Origin: Squalus acanthias
Lineage: Eukaryota
Reading direction: 5' to 3'
NCBI GenBank assembly: GCA_030390025.1
Contig: CM059432.1
Coordinates: 41,108,001-41,172,000 of the forward strand
DNA: 64,000 bases
Shown: one piece after another, positions 52,027 to 64,000 of the stretch
How positions within the stretch are numbered: the first letter of the stretch is position 1
How the letters are laid out: each line of letters opens with the position of its first letter
Program-made: the position numbers and the translations under genes
The notes under the pieces: model-generated
The model's database searches: none
Seen by the model: only the letters and a program-made list of their open reading frames with translations
Told to the model about the DNA's origin: nothing

Positions 52027-52572
52027 GAGATGTAATTGGATTGTGTGTTTTGGTGAGAACAGGGTAGGTGAAAAACAGGGTGGAGGGGGGGAAAAAACTT
52101 CTTCTGCCTAATGGCACCTTCTGAAATACTCCCTAATTTTAAAAATGCGTATGTTACATTCTGATACACTTTCACCTTTGCTGTTTACACGAGGACAGCA
52201 ATTATCAGATCTGCTTCCTGGATAACCTAGCCCTCATTAATGCATTATTTTAGTGTGATTACCAGACAGTATTTGAGAAAGGTGATTAAGTTCTTTCCAT
52301 TTTACACTACAGCAAAAACAATGCATTTGCATCTCATTTTGTGCTATAATTTATTTTAGATTTTGTTCTGTAGTCATGTATATAATTTATGGCACACCAT
52401 TAAGCAGGGCACAGAAACAGTGTGAATGAGGTTACCACCGACATTTGTTATTAATTTTAGGTGGTATACATCTACAATCCCCAAAAAGCAAATACTCCAC
52501 GAGAGTACATGTGGTTAAATTCCTGCCCAGGATGGAAATTACCTCGATCTTGTAATGTGTTGTTGGAGAATG

Positions 52573-54125
52573 TGCTATGGGCCCCGACAACATCCCGGCT
52601 ATTGTGCTGAAGACTTGTGCTCCAGAACTAGCCGCGCCTCTAGCCAAGCTGTTCCAGTACAGCTACAACACTGGCATCTATCCGACAATGTGGAAAACTG
52701 CCCAGGTATGCCCTGTCCACAAAAAGCAGGACAAATTCAATCTGGCCAATTACCGCCCCATCAGTCTACTCTCAATCATCAGCAAAGTGATGGAAGGTGT
52801 CATCAACAGCGCTATCAAGCAGCACTTACTCACCAATAACCTGCTCACTGATGCCCAGTTTGGGTTCCGCCAAGACCACTCTGCTCCCAACCTCACTACA
52901 GCCTTGGTCCAAACATGGACAAAGGAGCTGAATTCCAGAGGTGAGGTGAGAGTGAGTGCCCTTCACATCAAGGCAGCATTTGACCGGGTGTGGCATCAAG
53001 GAGCCCTAGTAAAACTGAAGTCAATGGGAATCGGGGGGATAACTCTCCACTGGCTGGAGTCATACCTAGCACAAAGGAAGATGGTTGTGGTTGAAGGTCA
53101 ATCATCACAGCCCCAGGACATCGCTGCAGGAGTTCCTCAGGGCAGTGTCCTAGGCCCAACCATCTTCAGCTGCTTCATCAATGACCTCTCCAACATAAGG
53201 CCAGAAATGGGGATGTTCGCTGATGACTGCATAGTGTTCAGCACCATTCACAACTCCTCAGATAATGAAGCAGTCCATGCCCGCATGCAACAAGACCTGG
53301 ACGACGTTCAGGTTTGGGCTGATAAGTGGCAGGTAACATTCGCGCCACACAAGTGCCAGGCAATGACTATCTCCATCAAGCGAGAGTCTAACCACCGCCC
53401 CTTGACATTCAACGGCATTACCATCGCCGAATCCCTCACCATCAACATCCTGGGGGTTACCATTGACCAGAAACTTAACTGGACCAGCCACATAAATACT
53501 GTGGCAACAAGAGCAGGTCAGAGGCTAGGTATTCTGTGGCGAGTGTCTCACCTCCTGACTCCCCAAAGCCTTTCCACCATCTACAAGGTACAAGTCAGGA
53601 GTGTGATGGAATACTCTCCACTTGCCTGGATGACTTCAGCTCCAACAACACTTAGGAAGCTCGACACCATCCAGGACAAAGCAGCCTGCTTGATTGGCAC
53701 CCCATTCACCACCTTAAACATTCATTTCCTCCACCACTGGCGTACCGTGGCTGCAGTGTGTAGTATCCACAAGATGCACTGCAGCAAGTCGCCAAGGTTT
53801 CTTCGGCAGTACCTCCCAAACCCGCGACCTCTTCCATCTAGAAGGACAAGGGCAGCAGGCACATGGGAACACCACCACCTCCAAGTTCCCCTCCAAGTCA
53901 CACACCATCCTGACTTGGAAATATATCGCCGATCCTTCATCGTCGCTGGGTCAAAATCCTGGAACTCCCTCCCTAACAGCACTGTGGGAGTACCTTCACC
54001 ACACGGACTGCAGCACTTCAAGAAGGCGGCTCACCACCACCTTCTGAAGGGCAATTGGGGATCGGCAATAAAAGCTGGCTTTGCCAGCGACGCCCACATC
54101 CCATAAACAAATTTAAAAAAAAAAA
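52573..54125 (+). mobile_element. 5'-truncated CR1/L2-superclade LINE (second family) with an open RT frame and poly(A) tail
   Basis: 509-aa ORF with [26 protein letters not shown] and MFADD; A-run at about 54115-54125. Confidence 0.92.
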
Positions 54126-56164
54126 TCATTTCCATCTTGTCAGTGGTAGAACTGCAGCAGAAATATGTTTTCAAAATGTATTAAAAGACAGTACTGATGC
54201 TGGATAGAGAAAATCTCAGCCAGGGTACTTGCTTCTGGTCACCATCCAGTGATTCTTGTTGGATAGTACAAATATGTAAATGTGGATCAGGACAGGATCA
54301 AATTGATCTGTGATTTTTCTCTCCCCAATTAAATCATCTGCCAACATTAACTATCTGGGCTCTTTCATAGCAAATAATTACTTGAGTGAGGCCCCACAGT
54401 TCTGGCATCTGTGGAGACATGCCCCAGAAAGAGGCAGTGTCTTCAGAAGAGGAGAAAAATTGGAACAGGAATTTTTTTTTTAAGGAAATGGAAGTGCTCT
54501 GTGCCATGAAAAACAGCCCTTGAAATACGTGCTTCTAAGTATAACATTGAACACGTCTAGGGTTAGGTTCTATATATTTTAAGTATTTCATTTCCCTCAA
54601 AAATTTCTTTAAGCCATGCTTGTTGAAGTTTAATTCTATCCATTCACTTCAAACATTTTAGTTGATCTCTGTTTAAAGTGTTTTTAGGCCAATAGAAGTG
54701 ACATTTAATTTATTCTTAAGCAGGATCTGCAGTGGTTTGCTTGAAACCCAAGGGATTATCTCCCAAATGTTCACAAATTTATCCCAAGTATATAGTGTTT
54801 AATGTAGCTTTAGACCACCCAGCTCATCCCACTTAATGCTTGCGCATTAAAGAATGACAGGGTAACAGGGCAGCAGCGTAATAAATAAGGAAACAAACAT
54901 GAGAAGAAATGTATCTTTTTCGAAGGAGTGGGGGGGAGAAAAACTCTTCCTCGACTTTGTAATTTCTGGCACATTCCTAACAAAACACTTAATTGTGTGA
55001 GTGTCTTTTTAAATAGTTTTAAGACTTGAAAGAGGTTCATGCTGTCTTAAATTGATGTCAAATGTAAAAAGATCAAAACCAGTCACCCAATAAATTAAAT
55101 CCTGTATTTTTAAGGTAGATTGAACCTCTCAGAAGATTTCTTAAAATGTTGTTAAAGTCTAAAGTTACTGTGGTATTGAGGGACTATAAAGATAATGATT
55201 TTTTTTCTCTTACAAGCACAAAGTCAATGGTTAGCTAACCTGTGTCAAAGAAAAACATCTAATGGATGTTGATAAATGTTTTTCGGTTACTTAGTAGAGT
55301 GTGTTAAAACACCAACAATGCATAACACAGTGAAAGGAAATGGGTTTTAAAGTATAATTCCCAAAATAAATTCCTAATCTGAGCTCTTGTCATCGATTGC
55401 AGATCCCAAGTACAGAGGAGGGAATTGTACCAACTGTTTTTGTGCTTCTCTAGCGGCTGTATCAACAGCAGCATTAGCAGATCCCTGGGTCCAGATCTCC
55501 CCCTCACTGCCCCTCTGCCTGGGATATGACTTATGGTCTCAAAAGACTTCAAAACATTTTATAAAATTCATTTTATTGGAATTAACCACATAAAAATTAT
55601 TTCGGAAAAGAAGGATCCAATAAAATTGCTTATTTTGATGAGTTTTTAAAACACGTATATTGAAGTTCTGAATCTGATTCACTGTGTTTCCTTAAAACAG
55701 TGAATTAAACGTTGACGTTGTTCTGTATAAATATTTTGCAGTGTTTCCATGTCTGTTTTTATTAGTTCCAGCTGACTTCTGAGTTTTTCCTTCTTGCTTT
55801 ACAACCACAGACAATAATTGTTCTTTATCCCCATATATTCTATCAATATTTTCCTCTTCCTCTCCTGAAAGTGTTGATTCTAGGGTTATGGTTCCACAGA
55901 CACCAGGCACCTTCTGGCACACCTCCCCTTCCCCTGCCCAAGTGACCATGAGTGTGAGGGGCTTTTCACCTGCAAGCCCAATCCAGTCGTCACTTGGCAT
56001 CCACACATATCACATCCAGCAAGGCTCACTGAAAAGCTTCACTAAGTGGTGTTGATGCCAATAGTAATCCCCTTAACTAATTCTGCACTGGCTGGGGATT
56101 GAAACTAGGACCTTCCCAGTCAGCTTGGCTCACTCTCTCAACTAGTTGAGCTATCAAGGAACAA

Positions 56165-57130
56165 TTTTTTTTTAAATTCGTTTTTATGGGATGTGGGCGT
56201 TGCTGGCAAAGCCAGCATTTATTGCCCATCCCTAATGGCCCTTGAGAAGGTGGTGGTGAGCTGCCTTCTTGAACCGCTGCAGTCGTGTGGTGAAGGTACT
56301 CCCACAGCGCTGTTAGGTAGGGAGTTCCAGGATTTTGATCCAGCGACGATGAAGGATCGGCAATATACTTCTAAGTCAGGATGATGTGTGACTTGGAGGG
56401 GAACTTGGAGGTGGTGGTGTTCCCATGTGCCTGCTGCCCTTGGTCTTCTAGGTGGAAGAGTCCGCGGGTTTGGGAGGTGCTGCCGAAGAAGCTTTGGCGA
56501 GTTGCTGCAGTGCATCTTGTAGATGGTACACACTGCAGCCACGGTACGCCGGTGGTGGAGTGAGTGAATGTTTAAGGTGGTGGATGGGGGTGCCAATCAA
56601 GCGGACTGCTTTGTCCTGGATGGTGTCGAGCTTCTTGAGTGTTGTTGGAGCTGTAAGTGGAGAGTATTCCATCACACTCCTTACTTGTGCCTTGTAGATG
56701 GTAGAAAGGCTTTGGGGAGTCAGGAGGTGAGACACTCACCACAGAATACTTAGCCTCGGACCTGCTCTTGTTGCCACAGTATTTACGTGGCTGGTCCAGT
56801 TAAGTTTCTGGTCAATGGTGACCCCCCCAGGATGTTGATGGTGGGGGATTCGGTGATGGTAATGCCATTGAATGTCATGGGGCGGTGTTTAGACTCTCGC
56901 TTGTTGGAGATGGTCATTGCCTGGCACTTCTGTGGCGCGAATGTTACCTGCCACTTATCAGCCCAAGCCTGAACGTCGTCCAGATCTTGTTGCATGCGGC
57001 CATGGACTGCTTCATTATCTGAGGAGTTGTGAATGGCTCTGAACACTGCAGTCATCAGTGAACATCCCCATTTCTGACCTTATGTTGGAGGGAAGGTCAT
57101 TGATGAAGCAACTGAAGATGGTTGGACAGG
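56165..57130 (-). mobile_element. Same LINE family as 52573-54125, 3' portion
   Basis: WADKWQVTFAPQKCQAMTIS; T-run at about 56165. Confidence 0.9.
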
Positions 57131-57134
57131 ACAC

Positions 57135-58856
57135 TGAAGGGTACTGAAGGAGGTGGCCCTAGAGATAGCGGATGCACGAAGTATGATTTTTCAGAATTCA
57201 TTAGACTCGGGAACAGTGCCCATGGATTGGAGGGTAGCTAACGTTACCCCACTATTTAAAAAGGGGGGTAGGGAAAAAGCAGGTAATTACAGACCTGTAA
57301 GCCTTACATCAGTTGTGGGCAAAATGCTGGAGTCCATCATTAAGGATGAAATAGCGGAGCACTTAGCAAATGGGGACAGGATAGGACAGAGTCAACATGG
57401 ATTTACAAAGGGTAAATCGTGCTTGACTAATCTATTGGAATTTTTTGAGGGAGTAACTGGTAAAATAGATGGGGGAGAGCCAGTAGATGTGGTGTACCTG
57501 GACTTCCAAAAGGCCTTCGACAAGGTCCCACATAAAAGATTAGCATGGAAAATTGAAGCTCATGGGATAAAGGGGAAAGTATTGACGTGGATAGAGAACT
57601 GGCTGTCAGATAGAAAACAGAGAGTTGGAATAAACGGCTCATTTTCTGAATGGCAGGCAGTAACAAGTGGGGTACCACAGGGATCTGTCCTGGGTCCCCA
57701 GCTGTTCACAATTTACATTAATGACCTGGATCAGGGAGTCGGATGCAGCATTTCCAAATTTGCAGACGACACTAAACTAGGAGGGGGGGTGGGCTCAGAG
57801 GAGGAGACCAGGAAGCTCCAGAGCGATTTGGACAGACTGGGTGATTGGGCGGATAAATGGCAGATGCACTATAATGTGGACAAGTGCGAAGTTATCCACC
57901 TTGGGTGCAGGAACGGGAGGGCAAATTATTATTTAAATGGCAATAAATTGGGAGAAGGGGAAGTACAGAGAGACCTGGGTGTTCTTGTACACCAGTCACT
58001 GAAGGCGAGCATGCAGGTGCAACAGGCGGTCAAGAAGGCAAACGGTATGCTGGCCTTCATAACAAAAGGGTTGGAATACAGGAACAGGGATACCTTGCTG
58101 CAGCTGTACAGGGCACTGGTGAGACCACACCTCGAGTACTGTGTACAGTTTTGGTCGCCTCATCTGAGGAAAGATGTTCTTGCCATGGAGGGGGTGCAGC
58201 GGCGATTCACCAGGCTGATACCAGGAATGGCGGGATTGACCTATGAGGAGAGACTATGTAGTTTAGGGATGCACACACTGGAGTTTAGAAGATTGAGAGG
58301 GGACCTCATAGAAGTGTATAAAATTCTGACAGGTCTAGACAGACTAGATGCAGAAGGAATGTTTCCCTTGGCGGGTGAGAACAGAACTAGAGGACATAAT
58401 TTAAGGATAAGGGCTAAACCATTTATAGAAACATAGAAACTAGGAGCAGGAGTAGGCCATTCGGCCCGTCGAGCCTGCTCCACCATTCAATACGATCATG
58501 GCTGATCATCCAAAATCCAGTACCCTGTCCCTGCCCCCTCACACAGAATCCCCATCGAGCCTGCACCGACACATATCCCACCAGATATTTAGGACAGAAA
58601 TGAGGGGGAATTTCTTCACTCAGAGGGTGGTGAACCTGTGGAACTCATTGCCACAGAGGGCAGTGTACGCCAGCTCATTAAATATATTTAAGAGGGAATT
58701 AGATATATTTCTACAGGCAAAAGGGGTTAAGGGTTACGGAGAGAAGGCGGGGACGGGATACTGAATTGGAGGATCAGCCATGATCTCATTAAATGGCGGA
58801 GCAGGCTCGAAGGGCCGGATGGCCTACTCCTGCTCCTATCTTCTATGTATCTATGA
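57135..58856 (+). mobile_element. 5'-truncated CR1 LINE with a 162-bp antisense insert at 58425-58586
   Basis: 427-aa RT ORF; the frame resumes (FRTEMRGNFF) after the insert; tail TTCTATGTATCTATG. Confidence 0.93.
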
Positions 58857-59304
58857 CACACCTGGGCAGTTTTCCACATTGTCGGATAGATGCCAGTCTG
58901 CTCACCTCATTGCAATGGTATATATCTGCTTTAATTTTTTTTGGTGTAAGTGAATTCATCAGTATACAACTCAGAACAGGACTGTTGCTGTGATCTAGGT
59001 TTATTAATTGAATTTTAGTAGACAGATTGAAGTTACCATGGATTGCTCTATAATAGCAATTCTTTAAACTGACGGCTTTGTAGGCATCAGTTGTGTTATA
59101 CTGAGTCATAGAAACCAGGAGATCTCAAGTTTGATCTCCTGTATTTGCTGAGTTAGCTTATCTCAGGCAGGACAGCTGTGTGGTTGCTATATTGACCCCT
59201 GCATACCTAGGCTAGAGAAAGGAAGAATGAGTTGGACTTCCCTCTTCTATAATTAGCTATCCAGTGACCCCTGCTGAAAAGTTCACTCACGGTCATGACT
59301 GGAT

Positions 59305-61635
59305 CCAAAGCTGAGTTTCTGACCCCATATCCTCTCCATCACCAACACTGCCTACTTACCTCTCCGTAACATCCTCCGTCTCTGCCCCTGCCTCAGCTCA
59401 TCTTCTGCTGAAACCCTCACTCATGCCTTTGTTACCTCTAGACTCGACGATTCCAATGCTCTCCTGGAATACCTCCCAGCATGCACCCTCCTTAAACTGG
59501 AGCTGATCCAAAACCCTGCTGTCGTATACGAACTCACACCAAGTCCCATTCATCCATCACCTCTGCTCGCTGACCTACATTATCTCCCAGTGTGGCAACG
59601 TCTCGATTTAAAAATTCTCATCCTTATTTTCAAATTCCTCCATGGCCTTGCTCCTCCCTACCTCTGTAACCTCCTCCAGCCCTACAACCCTCTGAGATCT
59701 TTGCGCTCCTCCAATTCTGGCCTCTTGCGCATCCCCAATTTTCTTCGTTCCACCATCAGCGGCCATGCCTTCAGCTGCCTAGGCCCTACGTTCTGAAATT
59801 CACCCCCTAAGCTTCTCCGCATCTATCCCTCTCTCTCCTGAATCGTGTTTGACTAACTTGATTGAGTTTTTTTGATGAGGTAACAGAGAGGGTGGATGAG
59901 GGCAATGCAGTTGATGTTGTGTATATGGATTTTCAAAAGGCGTTTGATAAAATACCACATAATCTCATTGAAATATACACAATTCTTACAGGGCTTGACA
60001 GGGTAAATGCAGGGAGGAGGTTTCCCCTGACTGGGGAATCTAGAACACGGGGTCACAGTCTCAGAATAAAGGGTCGGCCAATTAGGATTGAGTTGAGGAG
60101 AAATTTCTTCACTCAGAGGGTAGTGAATCTTTGGAATTCTCTACCCCAGAGGGATGCGGATGCTCAGTCGTTGAGTATATTCAAGACTGAGATCGATAGA
60201 TTTTTGGATATTAAGGGAATCAAGGGATATGGGGATAGTGCAGGAAAGTGGAGTTGAGGCAGAAGATCAGCCATGATCTTATTGAATGGCGGAGCAGGCG
60301 CGAAGGGCCAAATGGCCTATTCCTGCTCCTATTTCTTATGTTCTTATTATAGGCTTGTTAGCAAAATTGAAGTCCATGGGATAAAAGGGGCAGTAGCAGC
60401 ATGGATACAAAATTGGCTAAGGGATAGAAAACAGAGTAGTGAGTGGCTGTTTTTTGGACTGGAGGGAGGTATACAGTGGTTCCCAGGGTTCAGTACTAGG
60501 ACCACTGCTCTTTTTGATATAAATTAATGTCTTGGACTTGGGGGTACAGGGCACAATTTGGAATTCTGCAGATGACATGAAATTTGGAAGTGTAGTAAAC
60601 AGTGAGGAAGATACTAATAGACTTCAGGAGGACATAGACAGGCTGGTGGAATGGGTGGACACGTGGCAGATGAAATTCAATGCAGAAAAGTGTGAGGTGA
60701 TACATTTTGATAGGAAAAATGATAGAGACAATACAAACTAAATGGTACAATTTTAAAGGGGGTGCAAGAACAGAGAGACCTGGGGGTGCTTGTGCACAAA
60801 TCTTTGAAGGTGGCAGGACAAGTTAACAAATGTTAATAAAGCATGTGGGATCCTGGGCTTTATAAATAGAGGCATAGAGTACAAAAGCCAGGAAGTTATG
60901 CTAAACCTATAGAAAACACTAGTTTGGCCCCAACTGGAGTATTGTGTCCAATTCTGGGCCCCACACTTTAGGTAGGACGTGAAGGCTTTGGAAAGGGTTT
61001 AGAAGAGATTTACTAGAATGGTTCCAGGGATGAGGGATTACAGTTACGTGGATAGATTGGAGAAGCTGGGGTTGTTCTCCTTGGAGCAGAGAAGGCTAAG
61101 AGGGGATTTGATAAGGTGTTTAAAATCATGAAGGATTTAGATAGAGTAAATAAAGAGAAACTGTTTCCAATGGCTGAAGGGTCGATAACGAGAGGGCACA
61201 GATTTAAGGTGACTGGCAAATGAACCAGAGGTGACATGAGGAAAAACTTTTTTATGCAACAAGTGGTTAGGATTTGGAATGTACTGCCTGATAGGATGGT
61301 GAAAACAGATTCAATAGTAGCCTTCAAAAGGGAATTCTATAAATACTTGAAGGAGAAAAAATTGCAAGCTTATGGGGAAAGGGCCGGGGAGTTGGAGTAA
61401 CTGGATTGCTCTTCGAAAGAGCCAACGCAGACTCGATGGGCCAAATGGCCTCCTTCTGTGCTATGATTCCTCCTTTAAGACATTCCTTGAAACCTACTGC
61501 TGCCACCTGTCCTAATACAGTATCTGTTTATGTGGCTTGGTGTCAAATTTTGTTTGATAATCGCTCCTGTGAAGTGCCTTGGGCTGTTTTACTACATTAA
61601 AGGCGCTATATAAATACAAGTAGTTGTTGTTGTTG
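59305..61635 (+). mobile_element. L2 3' region split by a CR1 (about 59840-61468), which itself carries a nested CR1 3' end (about 59962-60345)
   Basis: L2 motifs FVTSRLD and KFLHGLAPPYL; CR1 motifs YMDFQKAFDK and WQMKFNAEKC; the L2 (TTG)n tail resumes at 61470-61635. Confidence 0.85.
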
Positions 61636-62014
61636 GATTAACACCACTGACTTAGTGAAGGAATTAAAATGCTTCTGATTGCTATGCAGTGAGGTCTGCT
61701 GGATACGATATGTGTGGATGTCAGGTAAGGACTGAGTTGTGGATCCATACTATGGTCAGGAGTATAGTAACAATGCATCGTATTTTATGATGAGTTGTGC
61801 CACTCATCATATGACTCCTGCTCTCTGCCTAGTAAGGGCTCAAACGCACACTTGTCAATTGTCTCAATGATTAGTAACTATCGTCCTGGAGGCAGAAGGA
61901 AGAGCAAATGGTGGCTCTTTGGTGATGGAGATTCAAACTGATTAAATCTTCCGTGGCAGACCTGGAACCCAGTAACTGACCCAGGCAGGTCCCATTGATT
62001 AATGTTTTGGAGGA

Positions 62015-62422
62015 GTGCCGGGCTCGCGGAGAGCAACCGGCACCCCGCGGGGGGGCTTCACGGGGGCCGGGGACAGCAACATGGGGCAGGTGCTGGCAGG
62101 CGGCCAGCAACAAAAATGGCCACCCGCCACCTCCCCTTTAACTAGCACCGCCCCGGCCGCAGGTAGGCCCCCCTGACCCTGTCGAACATAGCGTCCGGCG
62201 GTAAGTCGGGGGGGCACCACCGAATATTACAGGCGGGGCGCTGCGCACGGTGATGACGTTGTTGCCGGCGGCGCAGCGCCATGTGGCGCTAACTGTTAGC
62301 GCCGCCGCTAACCTCCCGCTGAATTTCGCGGGAGGTGTTAGCGGCGCCGCACCCAGGCGCTAGTTGATTTGCGCCCTCTTAGGGCGCTAACAGGAGGCGC
62401 AAATCAACCAAATTTAGCCCCC
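62015..62422 (-). mobile_element. Partial GC-rich element related to family A
   Basis: End GGCGCTAACAGGAGGCGCAAATCAACCAAATTTAGCCCCC is close to the reverse complement of the 18352/41839 left terminus; the left boundary is uncertain. Confidence 0.65.
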
Positions 62423-62431
62423 AGAACGTGT

Positions 62432-64000
62432 GAACATAGAAACATAGAAAATAGGTACAAGAGTAGACCATTCGGTCCTTCGAGACTGCACCGCCATTCA
62501 ATACGTTCATGGCTGAACATGCTACCTCAGTACCCCATTCCTGCTTTCTCGCCATACCCCTTGATCCCCCTAGTTGTGAGTGTTATATCTAACTCCCTTT
62601 TGAATATATTTAGCGAACTGGCCTCAACAACCTTCTGTGGAAGAGAATTCCATAGATTCACCACTCTCTGGGTGAAGAAGTTCCTCCTCAGCTCAGTCTT
62701 AAATGGCTTCCCCTTAATCCTTAGACTGTGACCCCTGGTTCTAGTTTTCCCTAACATTGGGAACATTCTGCCCGCATCTAATTTGTCTAAACCAGTCAGG
62801 ATTTTAAATGTCTCTATAAGATCCCCCCTCATTCTTCTGAACTCCAGAGGATACAAGTTTAGTTGACCCAATCTTTCTTGATATGTCAGACCGGCCATCC
62901 CAGGAATCAATCTAGTGAACCTTCGCTGCACTCCCTCAATAGCAAGAATGTCCTTCCTTAAGTTAGGAGACCAAAACTGCGCACAATACTCCAGGTGTGG
63001 CCTCACCAAGGCCCTGTACAACTGCAGCATCACCTCCCTACTCCTGTACTCAAATCCCCTTACTATGAAGGCCATCATTCCGTTTGCTTTCTTGACTGCC
63101 TGCTGCACTTGCATTCCCACCTTCAGTGACTGATGTACCATGACGCCCAGGTCTCGTTGCACCTCCCCTTTCCCTAATCTGCCACCATTCAGGTAATAGT
63201 CCGCCTCTCTATTTTTACCACCAAAGTGGATAACCTCACATTTATCCACATTGTACTTCATCTGCCATACATTTGCCCATTCACCCAACCTGTCCAAGTC
63301 ACTCTGTAGCCTCCTAGCATCCTCCTCATTGTTCACACTGCCTCCCAATTTAGTGTCATCCGCAAATTTGGAGATATTACATTTAATCCCTTCGTCCAAA
63401 TCATTAATATATAATGTAAACAGCTGGGGTCCCAGCACCAAACCCTGCGGTACCCCGCTGGTCACTGCCTGCCATTCTGAAAAGTACCCATTTACTCCTA
63501 CTCTTTGTTTCCTGTGTGCCAACCAGTTCTCAATCCACGTCAACACATTACCCCCAATCCCATGTGCTTTAACTTTGCTCACCAATCTCTTGTGTGGGAC
63601 CTTGTCGAAGGCCTTCTGAAAGTCCAAATACACCACATCTACTGGTTCCCCCCTGTCCACCCTATTGGAAACATCCTCAAAAAATTCCAGAAGATTTGTC
63701 AAGCATGATTTCCCTTTCACAAATCCATGCTGACTTGGACCTATCATGTCGCCACTTTCCAAATGGTCTGTTATGACATCTTTAATAATTGCTTCCATCA
63801 TTTTACCCACGACCGATGTCAGGCTGACCGGTCTATAATTCCCTGCTTTCTCCCTCCCTCCTTTTTTAAAAAGAGGGGTTACATTGGCCACCCTCCACTC
63901 CATCGGAACTGATCCAGAGTCTAAGGAATGTTGGAAAATGATCGTCAATGCATCCACTATTTCCAAGGCCACCTCCTTAAGTACTCTGGGATGCAGACCA
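62432..64000 (-). mobile_element. Apparently young CR1 LINE RT to 3' tail; runs off the window edge
   Basis: Uninterrupted 481-aa ORF2 C-terminal part ending at its natural stop; short (CATAGAAA) tandem tail. Confidence 0.95.

Noticed and set aside
6496..63912. Recurrent antisense ORFs over CR1 ORF2 (e.g. 6781-7194, 63251-63619)
   Set aside because: Shadow frames of the LINE coding sequence with variable boundaries between copies.
1..64000. Prokaryotic or phage systems (CRISPR, retrons, DGRs) suggested by the many RT ORFs
   Set aside because: All RTs are CR1, L2 or RTE non-LTR retrotransposon fragments; spliceosomal introns are present; there is no repeat-spacer array.

Overview
This is eukaryotic, vertebrate genomic DNA, most likely a shark or other cartilaginous fish, judging from its CR1/L2/RTE LINEs and Deu-domain tRNA-derived SINEs. 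Much of the window is fragmented transposons, and most ORF-track entries are LINE pieces or their antisense frames. Two host genes lie on the + strand. (1) An FSBP orthologue: coding exon 1426-1808 (Myb/SANT-like DNA-binding domain) spliced across a 15.5-kb LINE-filled phase-2 intron to exon 17352-17925 (318 aa). (2) An apparent chimeric gene: an intact TIGD3-like pogo/Tigger DNA-binding exon with no DDE domain (37207-37895) joined by a canonical phase-2 GT-AG intron, in frame, to a diverged duplicate of the FSBP last exon (39762-40314; 413 aa). The duplicate's coiled-coil core differs from the FSBP copy only at synonymous sites. The locus therefore appears to pair two different transposon-derived DNA-binding heads with paralogous FSBP tails. 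Family names come from recalled sequence similarity, not database searches. LINE and SINE boundaries are approximate; exon, TIR and TSD boundaries were read directly from the sequence.
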